Source of the DNA: Thermosulfurimonas dismutans
Lineage (GTDB): Bacteria > Desulfobacterota > Thermodesulfobacteria > Thermodesulfobacteriales > Thermodesulfobacteriaceae
Direction of reading: 5' to 3'
NCBI RefSeq assembly: GCF_001652585.1
Contig: NZ_LWLG01000012.1
Coordinates: 1 to 32,000 of the forward strand
Length of the DNA stretch: 32,000 nucleotides
Shown: positions 8,299 to 16,258 of the stretch, piece by piece
Position numbering within the stretch: position 1 is the stretch's first letter
Layout of the letters: each line of letters begins with the position of its first letter
The notes under the pieces: generated by a model
The model's database searches: none
What the model was told of the DNA's origin: nothing
What the model saw: the letters and a program-made list of their open reading frames with translations, nothing else
Program-made: the position numbers and the translations under genes

Positions 8299-9657
8299 TT
8301 AAAGGTCCTCCAGATCGACCTCGAGCTCTTTTTCCTTATTAATAACGTACTTCTCGTTACAGAACGGATAACCAAACTTCTTCCACCACTTAACCACCAC
8401 CTTATAGACCTCTGGCCGCATGATAATGCTAGGCGGCTGAACACCTTCAGCCACCATGCCGCGCAGAAAGCTTCCCGAAAGCTTCTCCCTCTTATGACCA
8501 CAAGTCTCAGAGTACGCCATCTCTTTACAAGTAGGACAGTAAGAGAACTCTCGCATATTCTGAGGACGAATCTTCAGACCATAGGGAACCTCGGTGGGCG
8601 GCGCCGGAAAACCGAAGCTCGGAATACCCTTGGTCCAAAGGATCTGAGTAGCAAACTTGTCATAATATTCACCCACGGCCGCGTGGTCACGACCAAACAT
8701 ATGATGGGTGCACCCCATATTCTGACGGATGATACCGTGGAGCAAAGACTCAAGCGGATTACCATAACGCATATCCCAGAGCACAATGCTCACAAGATGA
8801 CGTTCAGGCTTAATGTATCCACCCTTGTTGACGGCCTCGTGACCCTCGACAATAGCCTCGTCCGGATAGTCACCCCGACGCTTAACACCAATCACGGCAT
8901 TCACCAAGATACCGTGACAGGGTTCTACGTCGCCAGTAAAAGCGGCACATTTCATAAGAAACTCATGCCCCACATGAGGAACGTTACGGGTCTGATGATT
9001 AATAACCGTGCGCCAACCACGCTTATCAAATTCTTCACGAGCCTTGCGCGGCGGGAACCAGAAACGATCAAAAGGCGGTTTCAACTTGGGCTCATTGATA
9101 ATAGTATATTTTCCAGCCAAGACATAGGGCTGGTGGCTGCGATAAATCACCCATCCCGGGTGTTTTTTGTCGAACTTCTGCTGTACCACCTCAGGATTAG
9201 TCTCTGGATCACCAAAGGTCTTGTATGCCAGCTCCTCAGGGTCAATTTCATAGATCTCTTCAATATCAAGAATAGCAAAAGGCTTTCCTTTAAGGGTAAG
9301 ACAGAGACGATCTCCTACGGTAACACCAAGTTTATTAAGATCATCCTTACTGATATCGAAGACCAAAGGATAAGGGAAAATCCATTCATTAAGAAGACGC
9401 CTCTCCTTTAGAACCCTTTCCACCTCAGCCTGTTTCATAGAACCTTCGACCGGGCTAAAGAAACCATAACAGATAGACATAATCTCTCGGTAAACATTCC
9501 TAACCGGAACCCCGGTCTCATAGTGGAGGGTGGGCTTAATTTCATAAGTAGGACAGCCCTGAATCATTTTCCGGGCAACCTTTTTATCCGTAACCACCCT
9601 TTCTACCAAACGACCACCATGAGGAAGAGGCCGCTCAATAAGAAGACCTGACATCAT
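8299..9657 (-). CDS. sat: Sulfate adenylyltransferase (ATP sulfurylase)
   Basis: 452-aa ORF. HQTRNVPHVGHEFLMK matches the QTRNPxHxGH nucleotidyl-transferase motif, and GRDHAAVG is present. It sits at the head of the apr/qmo cluster. Confidence 0.95.
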   Translation of the reverse strand: MMSGLLIERPLPHGGRLVERVVTDKKVARKMIQGCPTYEIKPTLHYETGVPVRNVYREIMSICYGFFSPVEGSMKQAEVERVLKERRLLNEWIFPYPLVFDISKDDLNKLGVTVGDRLCLTLKGKPFAILDIEEIYEIDPEELAYKTFGDPETNPEVVQQKFDKKHPGWVIYRSHQPYVLAGKYTIINEPKLKPPFDRFWFPPRKAREEFDKRGWRTVINHQTRNVPHVGHEFLMKCAAFTGDVEPCHGILVNAVIGVKRRGDYPDEAIVEGHEAVNKGGYIKPERHLVSIVLWDMRYGNPLESLLHGIIRQNMGCTHHMFGRDHAAVGEYYDKFATQILWTKGIPSFGFPAPPTEVPYGLKIRPQNMREFSYCPTCKEMAYSETCGHKREKLSGSFLRGMVAEGVQPPSIIMRPEVYKVVVKWWKKFGYPFCNEKYVINKEKELEVDLEDL

Positions 9658-9802
9658 ACACCTCCTTCAGACATTATTTTGGAAACTTTATATATTCTGA
9701 ACCTTTACGGCCCAGAGCAACTATAGATTTAATCCGGTCTTTTTGTCAAGGACAAAAAAAAGTCCATATAGCAAAAAATTCAAAATTTGCTAATAAATTT
9801 CC

Positions 9803-10429
9803 ATGCAAAGAAGCTCTATCGGATTAATCCTTGCCGGAGGTAAAGCCCGAAGATTCGGGGGCGGGAAGGCCCTAGCCACCCTTAAAGGAAAACCCTTAGT
9901 CTTTTGGGTCAAAGAGGCCCTGGATCAGGTTTGTGAAGAGGTTTGGCTTTCACTGCGCTCTTTATCACAACCTGAAGCCCATTTGCAGAAATGCTTTGCA
10001 CGTACCGTCCTAGATGCTCAATCCGGAGCAGGACCTCTTTCAGGGCTTTTGGCGGCCCTCAAAAACTTAGATCAAAATAGTTATCTATTGGTAGCTTCCT
10101 GTGATCAGCCCTTATTGTGTCCTGAATTATTAAAAAACCTCAAAGCCAATTTCGAAAAAGGAAACTTCTGGGCGGTCTTCTGCATCAGTCCTGAAGGACT
10201 CCCAGAACCCTTTCCTGGAGTTTATGATCCGAAACTTGCCCCATCTCTCGAACGGTTCCTATCTTATGGCCAAAAATCCGTTCGAAAATGGCTTCAAAGC
10301 CTACCTACAGAGAAAATTCTTGGCCTTCCTTGGAAACTCTGGTACGTTTGGGACCAAAAAGGCATGAGTTTCGCGAACGTGAACTACCGGGAGGATCTCG
10401 AAAAATTAAAAAGGCATTTTTTTCTATGA
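9803..10429 (+). CDS. mobA: Molybdenum cofactor guanylyltransferase
   Basis: 208-aa ORF. N-terminal GLILAGGKARRFGG.KALATLKGKPL is the MobA-type nucleotide-binding motif, and ASCDQP is present. The stop overlaps the next start (ATGA). Confidence 0.8.
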   Translation: MQRSSIGLILAGGKARRFGGGKALATLKGKPLVFWVKEALDQVCEEVWLSLRSLSQPEAHLQKCFARTVLDAQSGAGPLSGLLAALKNLDQNSYLLVASCDQPLLCPELLKNLKANFEKGNFWAVFCISPEGLPEPFPGVYDPKLAPSLERFLSYGQKSVRKWLQSLPTEKILGLPWKLWYVWDQKGMSFANVNYREDLEKLKRHFFL

Positions 10430-11565
10430 GAAAGCCTCTTATCCTTTGTGTGGACGATGATGCCACCATCTTAGAACTCTTATGTGATTTTATTAAGGCT
10501 CTAGGATACAATACTATTGAGGCCAGAGATGGTCTGGAAGGTTTAAAACTTGCCCGTCAGTATCTTCCCGATGTGATCTTGCTGGATGTTATGATGCCAG
10601 GGCTCTCCGGCTTTGAGGTTTGCGAGAAACTCAAGAAGGATCCTAACACGGAAGATATACCGGTAGTAATGGTAACGGCCCTAGGCGAGATCGAGGATCG
10701 GGTAAAGGCCCTCGAGGTCGGAGCAGACGATTTCCTGACCAAACCAGTAGCCCTCCCGGAACTCAAGGCCCGTCTCAAATCGCTCCTTGAAGTTAAGGCC
10801 CATCGAGATCACCTCAAACGCCACAAGGAAGCCCTAGAACGAGAAGTCCAAAAGAAGACCAAAGAGTTACAAAAGGCCTTAGAGGCCCTTAAAGAAGCCC
10901 ATCGAAAAATAAAAGAACTCTCTTTAGAGGTAATCTTCAGGCTTTCAAGAGCGGCTGAATACCGTGATGAACACACCGGCGAACACATTCAGCGTATGGC
11001 TCACTATTCGGCCATTGTAGCCCGTAGATTGGGATTAAACGAAGAAGTGGTGGAAAGCATCCTTTATGCCGCTCCCCTTCACGACATCGGGAAAATTGGC
11101 ATTCCTGACGAGGTGCTCCTCAAGCCCGGCCCCCTGGATGAACGGGAATGGGAGATTATGAAAAAGCACACCGAAATCGGGGCCGAGATTTTGAAAGGCA
11201 CCAATAGCGGTTTCGTACGATTGGGCGAAATCGTGGCTCTTTATCACCATGAAAGATGGGATGGCACAGGTTATCCCCGTGGCCTAAAAGGATCTGAGAT
11301 ACCGCTTGCCGCTAGGATCGTGGCGGTAGCAGACGTATTTGATGCCGTTACCAGCGACCGCCCTTACCGCAAGGCCCTTTCCACCGAAGAAGCCTTCAAG
11401 ATCATTGAGGAAGGTATCGGGTCCCACTTCGATCCCAAAGTGGCCGAAGTCTTTCTTGAAGCCCGCGAAGAAATACTCAAAATAAAAGAAACTTTCAAGG
11501 ACAGTGAGACTCCCAAACTCTATCAATTAATAAAAAGTCTTCGAGAGAAACCTCTTAAAAAGTGA
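10426..11565 (+). CDS. Response regulator: REC domain + coiled linker + HD-GYP domain (putative c-di-GMP phosphodiesterase, RpfG family)
   Basis: Start reassigned to the ATG at 10426 (MRKPLILCVDDD...), which overlaps the mobA TGA. REC signatures: ILLDVMMPGLSG, VVMVTA, KP. HD-GYP signatures: HDIGKIGIP, HHERWDGTGYPRGL. Confidence 0.85.
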   Translation: MRKPLILCVDDDATILELLCDFIKALGYNTIEARDGLEGLKLARQYLPDVILLDVMMPGLSGFEVCEKLKKDPNTEDIPVVMVTALGEIEDRVKALEVGADDFLTKPVALPELKARLKSLLEVKAHRDHLKRHKEALEREVQKKTKELQKALEALKEAHRKIKELSLEVIFRLSRAAEYRDEHTGEHIQRMAHYSAIVARRLGLNEEVVESILYAAPLHDIGKIGIPDEVLLKPGPLDEREWEIMKKHTEIGAEILKGTNSGFVRLGEIVALYHHERWDGTGYPRGLKGSEIPLAARIVAVADVFDAVTSDRPYRKALSTEEAFKIIEEGIGSHFDPKVAEVFLEAREEILKIKETFKDSETPKLYQLIKSLREKPLKK

Positions 11566-13571
11566 AACCTAACAACAGTCTCCGGATCTTTATAGAGACC
11601 TTCGAAGACCTCTTGGAAGAGATAGAAAGTTCTCCCGGGATTTTTTATGCCCACATTTGTGAGCTCATGAAGAAACTCACCGGAGCGGATCTGGTATGGC
11701 TCGGTTTTCTTGAACCTTCAGGAGAGGTTCATCCCATCGGGTTCGCAGGGAAGTATCCATCTTACCTCAAAGGCCTGAAGATCAACATTTATGACCCGAA
11801 TCTGTCTCAAGGCCCAACCGGACAGGCCATCCTCAAAAAGACCACTATCATAGAACCACACATTCACCTCTCTAAAAGCTTTGCTCCTTGGAGGGATCGA
11901 GCCCTGCATTTCGGTTTCCGTTCTTCGGCGGCCATTCCATTGACCACCAAAGATAAAGTTTTTGGTACCCTGAACTTCTACTCCACCAAAGAGGATTTTT
12001 TCTCTCAGGAAAACCTCGATCTCCTAAAGCCCCACGTGGCCCTGGTTTCTTTGGCTCTTCGGGTCTTTGAAGTGGTAAAGAACAAAGAAAAAACCATAAA
12101 GATTCTTGAAAAGAAAATCTATCTTTCAAAAGATCAGATCCACAAAAAGGACCTCGAGATACAAAGTCTCAAAGAAAATCAAACTCGGTGGCTCGCCAAT
12201 TTAGGGCATGAATTCCGAACGCCTCTGACTTCTATATTGGGCTTTTCTGAAATGCTTCTCTCCGAAATCTTTGGACCGCTTAATGAAAAACAAAAACGTT
12301 ACCTCCAACACATTAAAACTAGTACCCAATATCTTGCGGAACTCATCGAAGAGATCCAAAAATTTGCCCGTCTTGACCGTTCCCGGAAGAGCTACTCTCC
12401 CGAGATTTTCAATCTTGGAGAATTAATAGACGGGGTAGTCTTTCTACTCTACAAGAAAATAGTCTCTCACAATGCCCTCATAGTTAAAGATTTCTCAGAT
12501 GACTTGAAGATTAAAGGAGACAGTTTTAAGACCAAAATGGTTCTTTTTAACCTCATTTCGAACGCCCTAAAATTCATTCCCCCGGGGGGAACTATAGTCT
12601 TAAAGAGTCGTTTAGAAAAAGACCTTTATGGAAGGTCTTGGATGGCTTTTGAAGTGCGAGACAATGGGCCTGGGGTAAAACCAGAAGATCTTTACCGCAT
12701 CTTTCTGCCCTGGATCCAGGGAGGAAAACTTCTCACCGAAAAGCCGGAGGGGCTCGGCTTGGGATTGGCCTTATCCAAAGAATTGATCGAGGCCCAAGGC
12801 GGAAACATCATGGCCCTGAGCCCACCGGAAGGAGGGGGCTTTTTCATCTTCTTTCTCCCCCAAGAAGCACATCCTGAAAAGAAAACATTAGAAATGTTGG
12901 TCTTTGAGCCCAGATTTGAAGTGGCCCGCAAAATGGCCCTCTATCTAACTTCTGAAGGAGTTAAGTCTACTATCTTCCCAGAAGTCGAACCTGCCCTCAA
13001 AATCCTTAAAACCCAGAAGAAAAACTGGGCTCTGGCCTTTGATCCTTGGCATTTAGGCTCGGAGGCCTTTAAAGTCTTAAAAAAACTGGACCAAGAAGGA
13101 ATTATAATTCCTCTGCTGGTCTATCGAGCCTCGGACAGAGGAGAGCTTTACTGGATCTTCGGAGCCAATTTTGCCTGTCTTGATCGACCGAGTTTCTTGT
13201 CTCTTGAAAGGGCCAAGAAATGTTATCTCTCCCTGTTTCCAATCCTGCCCTCAAAAATCTTTCTCAAAGCCAGACCCCATCTTTTTGAAGAAATCAAGCG
13301 TCTAATCTCAAGTTTAAATCTGGAAATTTATACCGATTTAAAAGAAAATTATGAACTTTCAGTCATAGATCTGGGCTTGTCACCGGAAGAGCTACAGAAC
13401 ATTTCGGGGAAGATTTCCCCTTCAAGCCCACTAGTTATCTCCTTTACAGATCCTTACCTACATCGAGAACTTGGTTCCGGTACCTTGAACGGCGAAACCT
13501 TTTCACGCGAGATCCAACGCCTAGTCCTCAACTTCGAACCGGAAATAAGCCGCACAAGCCCCCTCACTTGA
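11562..13571 (+). CDS. Cytoplasmic sensor histidine kinase (GAF - HisKA - HATPase_c - C-terminal ~230 aa with degenerate receiver-like repeats)
   Basis: GTG start overlaps the upstream TGA (GTGA). H-box ANLGHEFRTPLTSI; N/G boxes LISNALKF, RDNGPGV, GLGLGLALSKELIEAQGG. The N-terminal region is GAF-like. No obvious TM segment. Confidence 0.85.
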   Translation: MKPNNSLRIFIETFEDLLEEIESSPGIFYAHICELMKKLTGADLVWLGFLEPSGEVHPIGFAGKYPSYLKGLKINIYDPNLSQGPTGQAILKKTTIIEPHIHLSKSFAPWRDRALHFGFRSSAAIPLTTKDKVFGTLNFYSTKEDFFSQENLDLLKPHVALVSLALRVFEVVKNKEKTIKILEKKIYLSKDQIHKKDLEIQSLKENQTRWLANLGHEFRTPLTSILGFSEMLLSEIFGPLNEKQKRYLQHIKTSTQYLAELIEEIQKFARLDRSRKSYSPEIFNLGELIDGVVFLLYKKIVSHNALIVKDFSDDLKIKGDSFKTKMVLFNLISNALKFIPPGGTIVLKSRLEKDLYGRSWMAFEVRDNGPGVKPEDLYRIFLPWIQGGKLLTEKPEGLGLGLALSKELIEAQGGNIMALSPPEGGGFFIFFLPQEAHPEKKTLEMLVFEPRFEVARKMALYLTSEGVKSTIFPEVEPALKILKTQKKNWALAFDPWHLGSEAFKVLKKLDQEGIIIPLLVYRASDRGELYWIFGANFACLDRPSFLSLERAKKCYLSLFPILPSKIFLKARPHLFEEIKRLISSLNLEIYTDLKENYELSVIDLGLSPEELQNISGKISPSSPLVISFTDPYLHRELGSGTLNGETFSREIQRLVLNFEPEISRTSPLT

Positions 13572-14573
13572 GACCATGCAGGGCCCGTAAGGTTTTTCAG
13601 GAGTACAGACCCTGGCAAAAAGGGGACAGTCCGGTGGCCGGAGCTTGCCTTTAAGTATCTCCCCGCAGCGACAGGTAGGGTTTTCTTCAGCGGGCTTAAG
13701 AACGAGAGCCAAGGTTTCCTCGGCCTCAAAATCTTTGAACTCCTCCTTAAGACGGAGTTTGCTTTCCGGAATTTCGCCCAGACCTCGCCACCGCCCCTCA
13801 GCAGGGACAAAGACCTCGCGCAAGACACGCTTTCCCCACGGATTGCCTTCCGGACGAACTGCCCGCTGATATTGAACGGCTATGGTAGCCTTACCCTCGG
13901 CGATGAGTTTCAAGAGCATGAGAATGCCCTCTAATATGTCCCGGGGCTCAAAGCCCGTGATCACACCCGGGATTCCGAATTTCTGGGGAATAAATTCGTA
14001 AGGACGACTTCCGATGACGGTACTTACATGGCCGGGAAGGATAAGGCCGTCGATTTTGATTTCGGGATCGGAAAGGAGGGCCCTTAGAGCCGGGGGCATT
14101 AATCTCAGGGCCGAAAAGAAAAAGAAATTTTTGAGCCTGCGCTTATGGGCTTCAAGAACGGTCACAGCTTGGGCCGGAGCCGTAGTCTCAAACCCTACTC
14201 CAGCCAAAAGAACCTTTTGGTCAGGGTGAGTTTCGGCCAGCTCCACCGCCTCCAACGGGGAATAGATAATCTTGACCTCTCCTCCCCGGGCCCTGACCTC
14301 TTTAAGGGAAGCGCGGGTACCGGGAACTCTCAAAAGATCCCCGAAAACGGCTACCGTCACCCCCGGTTTCTCGGCTGCCTGAACAAGAAAATCAATCTCC
14401 TCTTGAGGCATTACGCAAACCGGACACCCAGGACCAGAAAGAAGGGTTAACTCCGGAGGAAAGAGACTTCTAAGGCCGAACCGAAAAATGTTTACGGTAT
14501 GGGTACCACAGACCTCCATAAGGGTCACCGGGCGGACAAGGTATTCCTGAAAAAGGGCTTTCAAGTCCTTCAT
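13521..14573 (-). CDS. hypD: [NiFe]-hydrogenase maturation protein HypD
   Basis: 350-aa ORF with MEVCGTHT, GPGCPVCV and C-terminal SSEGACAAYFRF, which are canonical HypD motifs. The ATG overlaps the upstream DUF72 stop (ATGA). Confidence 0.9.
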   Translation of the reverse strand: MKDLKALFQEYLVRPVTLMEVCGTHTVNIFRFGLRSLFPPELTLLSGPGCPVCVMPQEEIDFLVQAAEKPGVTVAVFGDLLRVPGTRASLKEVRARGGEVKIIYSPLEAVELAETHPDQKVLLAGVGFETTAPAQAVTVLEAHKRRLKNFFFFSALRLMPPALRALLSDPEIKIDGLILPGHVSTVIGSRPYEFIPQKFGIPGVITGFEPRDILEGILMLLKLIAEGKATIAVQYQRAVRPEGNPWGKRVLREVFVPAEGRWRGLGEIPESKLRLKEEFKDFEAEETLALVLKPAEENPTCRCGEILKGKLRPPDCPLFARVCTPEKPYGPCMVSSEGACAAYFRFEVED

Positions 14574-15349
14574 TCAAGGGGCCTCCGGGAAAGAGTCTTA
14601 AAAACCTCCTCGGGGAGAGCCCTTGTCGCAAATCCCAAAAGGGACTTAAGCCTTAAGGCGTTTTCCGGGGCCCATCCCAAAGAGTCATTATCAAAATAAA
14701 CATACACCTTTTGGACCGAAAAGGCCCGGATCTTTTCTGCCCAAGCGGAAAGCTCCTCTTGGGTATAACAGGAACGGTAAAGGCTCCGAGAACCGTGCAG
14801 ACGGATATAGGTGAAATCGGCGGTTATGACCTCCAAAAGCGAAGGGTAACGTCCGGCGGTATCCGAAAGACAGAGGGCTACGCCGTATCTTTCAAGTTGT
14901 CTAAGAAAGTCCCGGTTGTGAAAGCTCGAATTTCGGATCTCAAGGGTGACTGAAAAATCACGGGGAATAAGGGATAAAAATTCCTCCATCAACTCGGGCT
15001 CGTATTTGAGACTCGGGGGAAGCTGAAAGAGGATTACCCCGAGCTTAGGATAAAGCGGAGAGAGGGATTCAAAGAAACGTTCAAGGGCTTCCCCAACGGC
15101 CTTCAACCTTTTTAGGTGGGTAATGAAACGGCTGGCCTTGACCGCAAAAAGGAAGCCTTCCGGAGTCTCCTCTAACCAGCGGGCCAGGGTCTCCTTTTTG
15201 GGAGTTCCGTAAAAGGTGGAGTTGACCTCAACGGTATCAAAATATTGGCTGTAGTAAGAAAGCCATTTGCGCGTTGGAAGTTTTTTGGGATAAAAAATCC
15301 CTCGCCAGTGACGATAGTTCCATCCCGAGGTGCCGATTCTTATCTCCAT
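14570..15349 (-). CDS. DUF72 (YecE-like) family protein
   Basis: The ORF begins MEIRIGTSGWNYRHWRGIFYP, the typical DUF72 N-terminus. I prefer the ATG at 15349 (AGGGGA about 9 nt upstream) over the ORF-track start at 15373, which has no SD. Confidence 0.8.
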   Translation of the reverse strand: MEIRIGTSGWNYRHWRGIFYPKKLPTRKWLSYYSQYFDTVEVNSTFYGTPKKETLARWLEETPEGFLFAVKASRFITHLKRLKAVGEALERFFESLSPLYPKLGVILFQLPPSLKYEPELMEEFLSLIPRDFSVTLEIRNSSFHNRDFLRQLERYGVALCLSDTAGRYPSLLEVITADFTYIRLHGSRSLYRSCYTQEELSAWAEKIRAFSVQKVYVYFDNDSLGWAPENALRLKSLLGFATRALPEEVFKTLSRRPLE

Positions 15350-15414
15350 ATTGACACTTCCCCTAAAGCTCATTATAGATTTTTACGCCAAATATTTAAA
15401 AGGAGGGACTGGTC

Positions 15415-15699
15415 TTGCCGCAGCATAGATCCGCAGCAAAAGCCCTGAGGCAGAGTGAAAAGCGTCGTTTACGGAACAAGGCTATCAAAACAAGGGTCAA
15501 GACAATTACCAAAAAGTTTCTAAAAAGCCTTGAAGAAGGAGACCTGGCGAAAGCGGAGGCTACCTTCCGGGAGGCCCAGAGCCTCATTCAACGGGCGGCC
15601 TCCAAAGGCACGCTTCATTGGCGCACAGCCGCTAGAAAGATCTCGAGGCTAGCCCAAAAACTCAACGCCAAAAAGGCCAGCCTTTCAGGGCAGGCCTAA
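15415..15699 (+). CDS. rpsT: 30S ribosomal protein S20
   Basis: 94-aa ORF with a TTG start. AGGAGGG SD at 15401-15407. PQHRSAAKALRQSEKRRLRNKAIKTRVKT is the conserved S20 N-terminus. Confidence 0.9.
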   Translation: MPQHRSAAKALRQSEKRRLRNKAIKTRVKTITKKFLKSLEEGDLAKAEATFREAQSLIQRAASKGTLHWRTAARKISRLAQKLNAKKASLSGQA

Positions 15700-15707
15700 A
15701 TTTGGGT

Positions 15708-15783
15708 GGGGATGTAGCTCAGTTGGGAGAGCGCCAGAATCGCAATCTGGAGGTCGGGGGTTCGAATCCCCCCATCTCCACCA
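15708..15783 (+). tRNA. tRNA-Ala (anticodon CGC), CCA encoded; integration target
   Basis: GGGGATGTAGCTCAGTTGGGAGAGC... with the G3:U70 alanine identity pair. Anticodon stem CCAGA/TCTGG with loop ATCGCAA; T-arm GGGGGTTCGAATCCCCC; ACCA end. Confidence 0.95.
15737..15783 (+). repeat. attL core (inside the intact tRNA-Ala)
   Basis: GAATCGCAATCTGGAGGTCGGGGGTTCGAATCCCCCCATCTCCACCA is identical base-for-base to 30350-30396. Confidence 0.9.
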
Positions 15784-15831
15784 ATATTTTCAAGGGTTTC
15801 CGAGAAGCTGTCCTCTTCCTAAAATGTTTTA

Positions 15832-15849
15832 GTGTCTATAATCGTGTCT
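15832..15849 (+). repeat. 18-bp att-proximal repeat, left copy (GTGTCTATAATCGTGTCT)
   Basis: It matches 30229-30246 at 17 of 18 positions in the same orientation, and has an internal GTGTCT...GTGTCT direct half-site structure. It lies 49 nt inside attL. Confidence 0.6.
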
Positions 15850-15902
15850 CGCGTTGCATTTCTCCTTAGCTCTTCCCTTTGGTAGAGAGAGATTACATAT
15901 AG

Positions 15903-16077
15903 GCGAAAAAAGCGAAATAAGCCCTTTGATCGCCAGCTATCCCTTGAGTTTCAAGGTTTTCCGGAAATCGGCTTTTTTCGCACCTCTTGCGAAAAAAGTT
16001 TCCCGGATTGCCCGCTTTCCCTAGAGCTAAAAGGCTTTCTGGCTTTTTACTTTTTTCGCATCGGTTTTGCGAAAAAA
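15903..16077. repeat. TTTTTTCGCA decamer array, left arm (one tandem pair on the minus strand plus two inverted pairs)
   Basis: GCGAAAAAAGCGAAA at 15903-15917. Inverted pair TTTTTTCGCA (15973-15982) / TGCGAAAAAA (15988-15997). Inverted pair TTTTTTCGCA (16051-16060) / TGCGAAAAAA (16068-16077). Confidence 0.8.
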
Positions 16078-16151
16078 GTCCCCCTGAGTTAAACAGAACC
16101 GCTGGAAGTCGACATAGAAAAAGGAAAATTCAAATCTTAGACCTTAGCGGT

Positions 16152-16188
16152 AGTGGCGAGGCGGAGCTTAGGCTCCGCCTCTACCACT
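16152..16188 (-). other. Stable GC-rich hairpin immediately 3' of the 21-codon ORF
   Basis: 10-bp perfect stem GAGGCGGAGC (16158-16167) / GCTCCGCCTC (16172-16181) is extended by AGTGG/CCACT across a small internal loop. No adjacent U-tract, so it is not a canonical terminator. Confidence 0.5.
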
Positions 16189-16192
16189 TCGG

Positions 16193-16258
16193 TTAGCGGC
16201 TTTGCCGCATCGCGATGATAAATAAAGTGAACCATAATAAAATTTCAAAAAAATTCAT
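16193..16258 (-). CDS. Candidate 21-aa hydrophobic peptide (MNFFEILLWFTLFIIAMRQSR)
   Basis: Below the ORF-track size cutoff. A perfect AGGAGG lies 6 nt upstream of the ATG (plus-strand CCTCCT at 16265-16270). The peptide has a hydrophobic core and basic tail, and the stop is followed 4 nt later by a strong hairpin. Confidence 0.35.
   Translation of the reverse strand: MNFFEILLWFTLFIIAMRQSR

Noticed and set aside
8494-9411. 305-aa plus-strand ORF antisense to sat
   Set aside because: Same reasoning. The opposite strand carries the ATP-sulfurylase motifs, and this frame has no recognisable features or SD.
9736-9763. A/T-rich inverted repeat TTTTTGTC-AAG-GACAAAAA in the sat/mobA divergent intergenic region as a terminator
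   Set aside because: It lies between two divergent gene starts, so a terminator makes no sense there. The stem is almost all A:T with no proper U-tract. It may be a regulator-binding palindrome, but I cannot support that.
10288-10425. N-terminal 46-codon extension of the response-regulator ORF as given in the track
   Set aside because: The extension lies inside mobA in another frame. The REC domain begins right after the ATG at 10426, which forms an ATGA overlap with the mobA stop.
13454-13828. 124-aa minus-strand ORF overlapping the hypD 3' region and kinase end
   Set aside because: It is out of frame with hypD, whose motifs are unambiguous, and the translation is Arg/Ser/Leu-rich. It is a shadow ORF.
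15903-16077. The short spaced repeats at both island ends as a possible CRISPR array
   Set aside because: The repeat unit is only 10 bp, occurs in tandem or inverted doublets with irregular spacing, and shares spacer sequence between units. There are no cas genes. It fits protein-binding iterons or arm sites instead.
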